Positions 45,844-55,135 of a stretch of DNA of 64,000 nucleotides are shown one piece after another. Position 1 is the first letter of the stretch, and each line of letters begins with the position of its first letter. The notes under the pieces were generated by a model that worked only from the letters and a program-made list of their open reading frames with translations, did not search any database and was not told the DNA's origin. The stretch comes from a virus (lineage: Duplodnaviria; Caudoviricetes), in the IMG/VR virus record IMGVR_UViG_3300046366_000047, positions 985 to 64,984 of that record, one strand, 5' to 3'. Position numbers and translations under genes: made by a program.

Positions 45844-46383
45844 TTATTCGTTTGATTCATATTCTTCTTCAAGATCAGCATTACGCTTAGGCATGCGATC
45901 ATATTCTTTTGAGCAATAAAATATCTTCTTGATTGTTCCTTTGTAAAAGTAGATAGGATTAACCATATAGGTTCTTCTGTTTTTTTCTTTGGTAAATCTA
46001 ATCACATCATGCTCGCATAACTCGGCAATACTCTTCATGACATATCTCATGTTCATGTCAGTCAGTTGCTGAATATCTCTAAGGCTATAATTCTTGATTG
46101 TATTTCCGTAGTTCATCTGTCTAGTAAAAAACCTCAGCATCTTATTAGCCGCAGGCTTCAGTTCGTCCATCACTTCTAAAGACTCCGTAAAGGTAATCAT
46201 ATACCGCATACGCTTTCTTTTAAGCAGGTTACTAATTACATCATCAACTTCAGCAGTATAGCTATCAGCCAATGGAATCAACTCACCGTGAAAATCCTTG
46301 TAGTATAAATCAAGGTCCTTCATCTTATGTGAGATTACCCTATCCGCCTCTAGCAAGATAAGGTCAAACACAATGTTACTCAT
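45844..46383 (-). CDS. RepL-like winged-helix DNA-binding protein
   Basis: MNYGN.I...I........V.K.I.EL....I.......YMVNP.YFYKG resembles the plasmid RepL family. Confidence 0.6.
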   Translation of the reverse strand: MSNIVFDLILLEADRVISHKMKDLDLYYKDFHGELIPLADSYTAEVDDVISNLLKRKRMRYMITFTESLEVMDELKPAANKMLRFFTRQMNYGNTIKNYSLRDIQQLTDMNMRYVMKSIAELCEHDVIRFTKEKNRRTYMVNPIYFYKGTIKKIFYCSKEYDRMPKRNADLEEEYESNE

Positions 46384-46688
46384 TTCTTCTTGTTATTAAT
46401 TATTTCATCTACATTAATCTTAATCTTCTTCAGATTAGATATACTCTCACGATGTCTAGTATGCTCATAGAATATTAATCCATTCAACGCCCTACTAAAT
46501 TCAGTAATACTCATATTACCTTTCATCTTATTACAATCACCACAACAAGGAACCTTATTATCATTACTCAACTTACCACCCCTGCTCTTAGGCCACAAGT
46601 GATCAGTTGTCCTGCTATAGTTATCTAAGGCCGTCTTACAGTAAGCACACACACTTAGATCTATTCCGCTTTTAGTTATCATGCTCAT
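46380..46688 (-). CDS. HNH endonuclease
   Basis: CAYC...TTDHLWPKSRGG...N..PCC..CN..KG. Confidence 0.88.
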   Translation of the reverse strand: MSMITKSGIDLSVCAYCKTALDNYSRTTDHLWPKSRGGKLSNDNKVPCCGDCNKMKGNMSITEFSRALNGLIFYEHTRHRESISNLKKIKINVDEIINNKKK

Positions 46689-46932
46689 CTAAAAAGTATT
46701 TATCTATATCACTTATAGATTCAGCAATAGTAAATGATTCCCCACTAGTAGTTCTTATCGTAGTACAGTCTTTAGTATCAGATTGATTCCAACCTACTAT
46801 AGCATCAGTTTTAATTCTAAATACCTCATACTCATCTTCTGGCTCTATATTCATTGCTTCCAATTTTTCATGATTAGCAGGTCTGAATTTACAGTAAGTA
46901 ATTAGATATCCATTTTTAATTGTTAGTCCCAT
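46672..46932 (-). CDS. Hypothetical protein
   Basis: First - strand gene after the TATATTTG box at 46949-46956. Confidence 0.55.
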   Translation of the reverse strand: MGLTIKNGYLITYCKFRPANHEKLEAMNIEPEDEYEVFRIKTDAIVGWNQSDTKDCTTIRTTSGESFTIAESISDIDKYFLDEHDN

Positions 46933-47654
46933 ATATTACATTTTAGTACAAATATAATACTATTTACACAACTACTAGGAAAAGTGTTACCACTCGTCTG
47001 GCACAACTTGTATACACTTTTTACACCCTTAACTATCTGTACTACAAACACTTAAGAAAAAATCCCTTATATTGTTTATCTCTAAAGATCTCTTAATCGA
47101 AAAACATGACACCTGGAGATAGTATAATTCGATGATACTTCATCTGATTATCTGTCATAAGGATATGATCAACATAAACATCAATGATCCTGTACTTGTA
47201 TCTACCTGTACTATGGTACTAGTACCCCTCCCCCTTTTTATATCCGATGTTCCCCACCTCAATTACAATACCCTCTGGTTCTGGGAAAAGTATCTGTATT
47301 TTTCAGAGTCTTCTACGCCTGTTGGTATCCCCTCCCGTTCCCAAAAGGAAAACCAACATCGTAAATCCTTATTTATATTCATTCTAAACAATCCTTATTT
47401 CGTCTTGGTTAGTTTCTCATCATTTGCTTGACTAGTTTCTTATCATCGTAACTACTTTACGTTTTGGTGGTCTATACGAAAAAAAATCCACATATGCAAG
47501 TTATTCACAATATTTATTTCACATTGTTTGACTGGGAATTATGCATACAAAAAAAACTTTATATATCCTAATTTTATTCCAACTATTTTCAATTACCTTG
47601 CTTATTTATAATCATTCTAAATTTCAAAAAAAATGTAATTATTTTACTATTTTG

Positions 47655-47685
47655 TTTGTAGGTTTATATATTATAGTTATATTTG
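47655..47685 (+). promoter_or_regulatory. Early Bacteroidota-type promoter (TTTG-N19-TATATTTG)
   Basis: Both boxes at consensus spacing in an AT-rich region ahead of the early genes. Confidence 0.7.
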
Positions 47686-47890
47686 TATATGATTAATTCA
47701 AACGATAAGCATATGTAAAAATGAAACCGCGAGACGCGAGACCTTGATTTTTTTTAATTACGTTCAAAAAATATACTTTGAGCAGGTGGGAGAGTAATGC
47801 CCTGTTAGCACCACACCTTAAATAACGGACTCAGACCTAAACAAAGGTCGCAATGTATTACTATTTATTTATTTTTTATCTACCAAAATT

Positions 47891-48376
47891 ATGAAAACAA
47901 TTTTTTTAAAATTCGAGCAAATCAACAAAGAAAACGAACTATTTTCGTTTAACACTAATGAAATTAAATTTAATGCTAAAAGCGATAATTTCGTTATAGT
48001 TTCAAATTTCTGTGAACGTATATTTGATACGTTAGATATTGCGAAACAACGTAAACAAACGTTATTTGTGAACGGAAACAAATTTTATCCTAACAAGTCC
48101 TTTAATTTGTATGCAAATATAAACGGAAAGGATTTTAGTTTAGATTCCGATTCGATTATTTCGTTTGATTCACCTGCTTTTAAGTTAGCTTATCCAACTA
48201 TGAGAAAGGACAAAGAAGGGAACGAATATCTTAACACTAATTCACGAAAGGTATTCGCATTAATGTTATGGCAATTATTACAAGGTAGTGAAGGATTAAG
48301 CCAATTAATGAGTAACAAAAATCAACCTTTACTTGAATCGGTTATTTTATCCAATGCAACTAAATTACTTGCTTAA
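47891..48376 (+). CDS. Early hypothetical protein
   Basis: 161 aa; first + strand gene after the divergent region. Confidence 0.65.
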   Translation: MKTIFLKFEQINKENELFSFNTNEIKFNAKSDNFVIVSNFCERIFDTLDIAKQRKQTLFVNGNKFYPNKSFNLYANINGKDFSLDSDSIISFDSPAFKLAYPTMRKDKEGNEYLNTNSRKVFALMLWQLLQGSEGLSQLMSNKNQPLLESVILSNATKLLA

Positions 48377-48402
48377 TTTATTAAAGTCCTAAATTAAACG
48401 AA

Positions 48403-48654
48403 ATGAAACTATATTCCAAACAAGGCGAAGAAACTACATTTTTTGTAGGTAGTGGTATCGCGTCAACCGATGCAAAAATAGTACATAGACAAAAGTCAAG
48501 TACAAACGGTTCAAAACGTACACGAATGGAGGCAAAAAAAGACCACGTTTTTAATATAGCTACAAAATTTGAGTCAAGGGACAAATTGAAAAAAGACAAA
48601 AAAAATAAACGTGAATTTTTACGCAATCAATCGGCTGGTGAAAAAAGATTTTAA
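48403..48654 (+). CDS. Early basic hypothetical protein
   Basis: 83 aa ORF followed by a terminator. Confidence 0.55.
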   Translation: MKLYSKQGEETTFFVGSGIASTDAKIVHRQKSSTNGSKRTRMEAKKDHVFNIATKFESRDKLKKDKKNKREFLRNQSAGEKRF

Positions 48655-48670
48655 TCAATTTAACCAACTG

Positions 48671-48701
48671 AAAAGGGAGGGCTTTTGTCCTCCTTTTTTT
48701 T
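48671..48701 (+). terminator. Intrinsic terminator
   Basis: AAAAGGGAGGGC-TTTT-GTCCTCCTTTTTTTT. Confidence 0.75.
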
Positions 48702-48764
48702 GGTCACTATCACTATCATCACAAAGGGAAGTACGCAATTAAAATAACTAAATACCTAAATAAA

Positions 48765-48917
48765 ATGGAAAAGTTACTTATCAATCAAGGATACGATAAA
48801 TCCGAATGTAAAGAAATTATGGATGAAATGCGCGAAAGAATTATCAGCGGAGAATATGCCGATGATGTTTTAGCTGACTATTCATTAGAGCCTGATTATA
48901 TAATGGAATTATTTTAA
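48765..48917 (+). CDS. Small acidic early protein (50 aa, ...SLEPDYIMELF)
   Basis: Translated by eye; A-rich leader. Confidence 0.6.
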   Translation: MEKLLINQGYDKSECKEIMDEMRERIISGEYADDVLADYSLEPDYIMELF

Positions 48918-48939
48918 GTAAAAAGAAAAACTACCACAA

Positions 48940-49152
48940 ATGAAGAAAAACATTCTAATCAATCGAGTATTCAGTTTAGAGTACTCACTGGAATCAAACC
49001 GAACACTAATCTTACAGGGTGGCAAATGGATAGCCGTTAACACGTATCTACCACTGAAGAAAATCGTACGCAAGTACAAGAATGCAACGGACGTAATGTA
49101 TGAGAACGCCCAGGAAGATCTATGCACACGTTATTATTCACTACAAAAATAG
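48940..49152 (+). CDS. Early hypothetical protein
   Basis: 70 aa ORF in the + strand early cluster. Confidence 0.5.
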   Translation: MKKNILINRVFSLEYSLESNRTLILQGGKWIAVNTYLPLKKIVRKYKNATDVMYENAQEDLCTRYYSLQK

Positions 49153-49346
49153 AAGAAATGAATATAGGAGATATCATATACTTGAGCCTATTGGCAAACG
49201 TGTACCTACTAATGAAGTACATTCAATACAAACCGAAATTCAAGAAATAATATTCTGTTGTGGTAGATAGAGGCGGGGGAAAGCGTATGCATATTGTGTA
49301 CGCTTTTTGCTTTGTACCATAACACAAACCTTTAACATAAAAAGAA

Positions 49347-49679
49347 ATGAAACATTCAACAAAATTAGTAATTGATAATCATCAATTAAAAAAATCGGGA
49401 TATGAAGCATATATCTATTACGCATCAATTCAATTAGCAGAAGATGAATTCGATGAGGACATATTGGTTGTTATCGAAAGCGAAGAAGAGCATCACGACC
49501 TATTAGGTAGGTCTTACAATAAAATTGAGGAGAGATTCACGGATATGCTTAGGGCTATGGACTGGGTTACATCAAAGAGTGAAGAACTTGTAAAAGAAGA
49601 ACTCAGAATGGCAATAAAAAGAGGAAAGATTGCGGCAAATGAACTTGATGAGATAAGTGTAAACGGATTTAAACTTTAA
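49347..49679 (+). CDS. Early acidic hypothetical protein
   Basis: 110 aa ORF. Confidence 0.6.
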   Translation: MKHSTKLVIDNHQLKKSGYEAYIYYASIQLAEDEFDEDILVVIESEEEHHDLLGRSYNKIEERFTDMLRAMDWVTSKSEELVKEELRMAIKRGKIAANELDEISVNGFKL

Positions 49680-49691
49680 CATAAAATAACA

Positions 49692-49865
49692 ATGACACAA
49701 AGAAAGAAAGAAAGAATAGGGATGATGCTGATGTATTCATTCTTAGCAAGTGTAATCATTACATCTATGCTATTGACAAGTTGCGGTACGTCACGTGGTT
49801 GCCATACGAAAGGAGTATACGTGTCAAAGAGTATCAAGAAAGCACAAAACAAGCAAAGAAACTAG
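49692..49865 (+). CDS. Small early lipoprotein (57 aa)
   Basis: MTQRKKERIG-hydrophobic-LLTSCG lipobox; below the ORF-track size cut-off. Confidence 0.6.
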   Translation: MTQRKKERIGMMLMYSFLASVIITSMLLTSCGTSRGCHTKGVYVSKSIKKAQNKQRN

Positions 49866-49867
49866 GG

Positions 49868-50119
49868 ATGAAATTCGATACCAACGTAGACTTGATAAAT
49901 GATTTGATGCACAATTCACCGCATCCAATGGTATGTCAGACATTTTTATTAACAGCAATAAAAGAATATTGTATGTATGTACTCAAGAATAAGTCAGCAT
50001 TAATTGATAACGAAGAGGACGCGCAAGTTAGTGGAATGTTGCCATTATTTCCAGCCCAAGTATGGGTTGATGTGGCTGATGATATCAATGATAAAGTCAG
50101 AAAGTTTTACGATAGGTAA
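49868..50119 (+). CDS. Early hypothetical protein
   Basis: ORF track 49781..50119; ATG at 49868 avoids overlap with the lipoprotein gene. Confidence 0.55.
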   Translation: MKFDTNVDLINDLMHNSPHPMVCQTFLLTAIKEYCMYVLKNKSALIDNEEDAQVSGMLPLFPAQVWVDVADDINDKVRKFYDR

Positions 50120-50140
50120 TCACTATCAAAGTAATGAAAA

Positions 50141-50377
50141 ATGAGCAGTCTAGTCAAGAAAATCAAAAAAGAAATGAATATTGTCGGTAAAGATGTATTC
50201 AAGGAAGCAGTAGCAGAATGCATAAAACAACGAGGTGAATGGCAATTAAGAGAGAGATTAGTAGATTATAGAGATGTGGGGATGCCTTATATAAATGCGC
50301 TTCAAGTTTGGAGTGCTTCAAGTAAAGGTCGTGATTTCTGGGAACAGCTCTGTCATAAAGTGAACATGTCAAATTAA
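50141..50377 (+). CDS. Early protein, W-x2-S/T-x2-G-x2-F/Y-W family paralog 1
   Basis: WSASSKGRDFW. Confidence 0.6.
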   Translation: MSSLVKKIKKEMNIVGKDVFKEAVAECIKQRGEWQLRERLVDYRDVGMPYINALQVWSASSKGRDFWEQLCHKVNMSN

Positions 50378-50431
50378 AATAGGGATAGCTGAAAACCTTA
50401 TAGAGTAAGCACAATTAATTATTTAACTACC

Positions 50432-51892
50432 ATGAATAATAGAAATTTATTACCTGAAGATTTCTTAATTAAAAGAGATTCAAGCAGTCCATTATGGTCT
50501 GAGTACATTAACTACCTAAACACGTTCTTTGAGGGTGTTAAGCCTCGTGTAGCACTTAGTGGCGAGACAGATGGGTATTACGGGCTTATTGATGATTGCC
50601 CTATCATTATTGATGCACACAATGGGCTATCAGTATTATCACTTACAGAATGGGATACGATCATTCATAGCGGAGACGATGTTGATAAGGTAACTACCTA
50701 TGATGGCTTAGAAGAACCTATTACTAGATGCGTTCAAATATGCGATGATGCGCCTTCGTACTCAGGAGAATGGGCTAGACGTTCGGATTGTGGATATGTT
50801 GAGAGTATTGGTTGGGTATTGTCAGAAGATACCATTACGACAAACGATGGCACAATTATGCTAGAGGGTGACGATGAGGCTGTATGGAGTGACTACCATA
50901 GCGAGTGGCTAGATGCGGGCAATGAACGAACTAGACACGGCTATATATCTAGAGGTGCTCAAGATTGGTTCTTTGATAGACATCATGATGCTGTAGAAAT
51001 AAGCGGAGAAGTATATAGAAATCATAGCACTGCTGAAGAATGCGGATGGAGATGGCATAATAGACGTGATGAATGGGTTGATGCTGATGACTATTGTAGT
51101 GTCGAGGATTGCAACGCAAGTTATCACGAACTTGAAAGAGTTCACAAGTTTGGCAGAGATGCTAAGTTTACTATTGGATTCGAGATTGAGAAGGAAGATG
51201 ACGATGCTGGTATGATTCATTACGAGGACTTGTACGATGAGACTAAATGGATTAAGGAGCATGACGGTTCACTAGATGATGACACAGGCTACGAGTTAGT
51301 TAGTCCCGCATTCAATCTGTATGACGATGGCTTAGAAAAAGATATCAACTCTGACGATAGACTTGTTAGGCTAATCAATGCTGACAAATCAAGTAGTTGT
51401 GGTGGGCATATCAATGTAGCCGCCAAAGATTATGACACCGAGCAATTGTTCGAGGGCCTGTCACACTTCTTCCCATTGTTGTATTCATTGTACGATGGTC
51501 GACTAGACAAAAATTACTCTAAGGCCAAAAAGAAACACAAGTACTACGACAAGGATAAGTACTCAGCAATATACATCAAGTCCGAGGTGCTTGAGTTTAG
51601 AATCTTCTCAGCTGTTAGTAGTGTTGATAACTTACTATGGAGACGGGACTTAATGCGTATCATGTGCGACAACATCAATCAATCAGAGCTTGACGTACTA
51701 CGAATGCTTCTCAATCATAAGTCAGCACTATACCTACACTTACGCAAGGCATACTCTCAAGAGAGATTGATAGATAAGATTGAGCGATTCATTAGAATGT
51801 GTAGCGACTTCAATAGCAAGAAGTTACCTGAGATTGTTCGAGCATCAATCAAGCCTGATAACTTAGACGCATCAAATGAATTAGGAGCATAA
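50432..51892 (+). CDS. Putative amidoligase (COOH-NH2 ligase superfamily)
   Basis: IGFEIE...HDGSL...YELVSP...CGGHIN...LEFRIF; adjacent to a GATase. Confidence 0.8.
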   Translation: MNNRNLLPEDFLIKRDSSSPLWSEYINYLNTFFEGVKPRVALSGETDGYYGLIDDCPIIIDAHNGLSVLSLTEWDTIIHSGDDVDKVTTYDGLEEPITRCVQICDDAPSYSGEWARRSDCGYVESIGWVLSEDTITTNDGTIMLEGDDEAVWSDYHSEWLDAGNERTRHGYISRGAQDWFFDRHHDAVEISGEVYRNHSTAEECGWRWHNRRDEWVDADDYCSVEDCNASYHELERVHKFGRDAKFTIGFEIEKEDDDAGMIHYEDLYDETKWIKEHDGSLDDDTGYELVSPAFNLYDDGLEKDINSDDRLVRLINADKSSSCGGHINVAAKDYDTEQLFEGLSHFFPLLYSLYDGRLDKNYSKAKKKHKYYDKDKYSAIYIKSEVLEFRIFSAVSSVDNLLWRRDLMRIMCDNINQSELDVLRMLLNHKSALYLHLRKAYSQERLIDKIERFIRMCSDFNSKKLPEIVRASIKPDNLDASNELGA

Positions 51893-51922
51893 TTAATTAA
51901 TAACATTCAAAAAATAAACATC

Positions 51923-52807
51923 ATGTGTATAGCAATTTTAAATACAAATAGATCAACCTTAAAGAAACAAACTCTTCGTAACTGTTGGGAGAATAATGGC
52001 GATGGTGCAGGTATGCTGTATATCGACAACGATAACAAGTTGGGCGTCATCAAGGAGATGCGTAGCTTCGATAACTTCTACAACAACTACCTTGACATCA
52101 AAAGAAAGTACGGCAAACGTAACATCGTGCTACACTTCCGCATCTCTACTCACGGTAAGGTCAACGAGACTAATTGTCACCCATTCATTACCAATGATGA
52201 GGTAGGGTTTGTACATAACGGAATGATTTACGATGTGCCTACAAGTACTGAGTTCTCCGATACCTACATGTTCAATGAGACAATACTTAAATCGTTCAAG
52301 CATGGCTTCGAGACTAACGAGGTTATCTTAGATATGCTTGAGTTGTACATCGGTCCAGGTAGTAAGTTAATCTTCCTTAATACTGACGATACATATTCAA
52401 TTGTTAATGAGAAGGCAGGTCATTGGTCAATGGGTTGTTGGTTCTCTAATCATTCATACGAGCAGGTTAATAGTTGGGTTGACTACGGTGGTGTTAGAAA
52501 AAGCAAGGCGCAAGTCGGGTTCACCCCTCAGTACGCTACTCCACCTGTCAAACAACAAAACAATTGGTGGGCAGCAGATAGACAGATGTGTTCGTGTGTA
52601 GGTTGTGACTCAGTGTTGTACGGTGTACAAGAAATCAATGATGGTATGTGTACGTATTGCAAGTGGGATGAAATAGATGAACAGGCGGCTATGGATGCTC
52701 TAGAGGCTGTTGATTCATGCGACATGTGTGGATTAGAAAAAGATAAGTTCATAGATGTAGAGGACTATTTAGTATGCGAAACGTGTAATGAATACCTAGG
52801 GGCATAG
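51923..52807 (+). CDS. Class II (Ntn) glutamine amidotransferase with C-terminal Zn-ribbon-like repeats
   Basis: N-terminal Met-Cys, N.DGAG, HFRISTHG...NCHPF, HNG, SDT, WFSN; several CxxC pairs. Confidence 0.87.
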   Translation: MCIAILNTNRSTLKKQTLRNCWENNGDGAGMLYIDNDNKLGVIKEMRSFDNFYNNYLDIKRKYGKRNIVLHFRISTHGKVNETNCHPFITNDEVGFVHNGMIYDVPTSTEFSDTYMFNETILKSFKHGFETNEVILDMLELYIGPGSKLIFLNTDDTYSIVNEKAGHWSMGCWFSNHSYEQVNSWVDYGGVRKSKAQVGFTPQYATPPVKQQNNWWAADRQMCSCVGCDSVLYGVQEINDGMCTYCKWDEIDEQAAMDALEAVDSCDMCGLEKDKFIDVEDYLVCETCNEYLGA

Positions 52808-52831
52808 TTATCACTATCAAAGCAATAAATT

Positions 52832-53083
52832 ATGAACGCAAAAGAAAGAATAAGAATACTAAAAAGCATCTATCCAGGTAAGGAATTAGTAGAGCTTATG
52901 GCAGATGCATTAAATCAAAGAGGACAACGTGAAATATCATTAAGATTTTGTTCAACATTAAGAAGTCAAAGCACAACATTCTCAGATAGGTTGTTGATAT
53001 GGGATCTTTCACGCAAGGGAAGACTTTATCACAAAGAAAAACATGAAATTGAAGCATTGCGTTTACAAACTAGAAATATATAA
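52832..53083 (+). CDS. Early protein, paralog 2
   Basis: WDLSRKGRLYH. Confidence 0.55.
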   Translation: MNAKERIRILKSIYPGKELVELMADALNQRGQREISLRFCSTLRSQSTTFSDRLLIWDLSRKGRLYHKEKHEIEALRLQTRNI

Positions 53084-53313
53084 TTATGGTATTAAAGAAA
53101 GTAAATAAAAAGTATCGCGTCAACCTAGTAGCTGAAATAATGGCTAAAAGCAGAGGATATATATACCTCGGAGCAGTATTTAATGCGCGTGTTAAGTGTA
53201 AATATGAGTCCACAGTCTTTAATTGATGAGCCTCAATGGCATCAATGTCATCATGGATTTGAGTATTGGAAACAAGCATTCAATGAGCATGGAACTGAAC
53301 AAAGATAAATATC

Positions 53314-53508
53314 ATGGATAGATTCAAAAAATTAACCAGTCAGGAAAGAAAAGAGTACGTGGCTAATATCTTAAGTAGAGAAGATGAAGATTCATTAAGG
53401 TATAAATTAAGTTATGATGTAGGCTTATCAAGTGCGTTCAATTGGGACACAACTATTCAAGGTCATGACTATTGGAGAACTATAAATAGAAGGATTGAAA
53501 ACGGTTAA
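53314..53508 (+). CDS. Early protein, paralog 3
   Basis: SAFNWDTTIQGHDYW. Confidence 0.6.
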   Translation: MDRFKKLTSQERKEYVANILSREDEDSLRYKLSYDVGLSSAFNWDTTIQGHDYWRTINRRIENG

Positions 53509-53510
53509 CT

Positions 53511-53753
53511 ATGGAAAAATTTGCAAGACGTTGTGATATCACAGGATGTGGTATGAATGAAGGATATGTATTCAACGATGGCGAAAAGTATGCGTGTGAT
53601 GAATCGAGTGCCTTACAAATCGCTCAACAATACGGGTACGATAATTTAGATGACGCATATACAAATGACGTATACTACTACACCGAATGGGATGAATTAG
53701 ATGATGTATACTATGATGCGGATGGTAATGAGTATGAACTTAAACAACAATAA
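53511..53753 (+). CDS. Small acidic, Tyr-rich early protein
   Basis: Asp/Glu/Tyr-rich 80 aa; ends in a junction-repeat variant. Confidence 0.6.
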   Translation: MEKFARRCDITGCGMNEGYVFNDGEKYACDESSALQIAQQYGYDNLDDAYTNDVYYYTEWDELDDVYYDADGNEYELKQQ

Positions 53754-53755
53754 CA

Positions 53756-53998
53756 ATGGAAAGAGCAGTATCGAATGACACAAGACAGTTTATGATTATG
53801 ACAATCGTAACGATTCACCAAAACATGGACATGATTGAGCCAGAGACTATCGCATCAATTTCAATGATGGATGATGAAGACCTGATTTATGAGATAGGCG
53901 AGACAGCAATAACATTAAGTAAGTATGTAGCTGAAACAGCATCTAACGCCAAGAAAGTATTAGACAACGCAACAGTTATAACAGATGGAAGCATTTAA
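53756..53998 (+). CDS. Hypothetical protein
   Basis: 80 aa; ATG lies in the junction-repeat variant. Confidence 0.55.
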   Translation: MERAVSNDTRQFMIMTIVTIHQNMDMIEPETIASISMMDDEDLIYEIGETAITLSKYVAETASNAKKVLDNATVITDGSI

Positions 53999-54221
53999 AG
54001 AAATAATCGGCAAGAAGATTGTCGAGGCTAGGCATATGTCTAGAGAGGAAGCTGATACATGGGGGTGGCATAAACGTCCAGTAATAATTTCATTCGAGGA
54101 TGGCACTACGTTAGTGCCTACCTGTGATGATGAACAGAATGACGGTGGTGCTATGATTTATCTTGGCGGTAAAGATGGAGATGAATTCTTTACAGAACAT
54201 CTATTCTATACCGAACGATGA
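53985..54221 (+). CDS. Hypothetical phage protein
   Basis: IGKKIVEARHMS.EEA...GW...FEDGT...DDE.N..G. Confidence 0.6.
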   Translation: MEAFKEIIGKKIVEARHMSREEADTWGWHKRPVIISFEDGTTLVPTCDDEQNDGGAMIYLGGKDGDEFFTEHLFYTER

Positions 54222-54369
54222 ATACGTATCACATCTGCTACTTGTTAGCATCAGAACTTTGTACAGGCATAAACGTATATGCCAATGATTACATGACGGC
54301 TCTTAAACAATTCACGAGGAATTATGAGGGCAAACAAATTATTTACATAACCCAATTAAATTAATTATC

Positions 54370-54843
54370 ATGCATTTATCTAAGACAAACAAAAAGTATT
54401 TGAATTTCTTACAAGACTTTCACGGACATTGTAATTCAAACATTCAATTCGCTGCACGTGACCTCATCAAGGATCACAAAGTAACTACCACGGTAACAAA
54501 CATTATGGCTCACGGAGGGCTGATAAAAATAAGTGGTAGAGGTCGCACTACTGAGTACACATGGAACTCTAAGGCTCCCGACATCAGAATGGTAATAGAG
54601 TTAAGAAAAAGAATGACTGAATATCATAAGAAGTATCTTGCTGAGAAAAATAAACCAACATTTACTATTCATGATAACTCAATGCCTTTACAGGGGGCTC
54701 ATAAGCTTATGTTAAATGAAAGTAAATCTAACGAGGCTACATTGACATCAAAAGAGAAAAGAAAGTACGTTAAAAAGAATGTACCGATGCAAAAAAGTAA
54801 ATCAATTAGTATCTTATGGGGAGCATTTAAAATTACGTACTAA
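54370..54843 (+). CDS. Putative winged-helix DNA-binding protein
   Basis: GLIKISGRGRTTEYTW wing-like motif; C-terminal SISILWGAFKITY. Confidence 0.5.
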   Translation: MHLSKTNKKYLNFLQDFHGHCNSNIQFAARDLIKDHKVTTTVTNIMAHGGLIKISGRGRTTEYTWNSKAPDIRMVIELRKRMTEYHKKYLAEKNKPTFTIHDNSMPLQGAHKLMLNESKSNEATLTSKEKRKYVKKNVPMQKSKSISILWGAFKITY

Positions 54844-55135
54844 TGATTGATCAATATGACGTAGTAAATGTAGCTAACTCCATCAATATGTATATCAATG
54901 AGGATATAATTGCTGAGGTTATGTATCAATATAACTCGACAGCTGATGACTCTGACTCTACATGGGACTTAGTCGTGGAACGAATACTATATGAGATTCA
55001 ATCCCAATCATAAAAATGCAGCCCTATTAATGCTAATAATAGTATACCAATATGGTGCGCTAATCTTTACACTGGGAATCGTCATAAATTTTCTCTACAA
55101 AGTAACGACAAAGAATAATCATTAAATTAGTAAAA

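Noticed and set aside
44381-46932. Assignment of a small terminase subunit upstream of terL
   Set aside because: None of these ORFs shows a TerS pattern I can recognise, so it is left unassigned.
47132-47431. 99 aa + strand ORF in the divergent region
   Set aside because: Atypical composition, no recognisable motif, and it lies upstream of the first clear early promoter; probably spurious.
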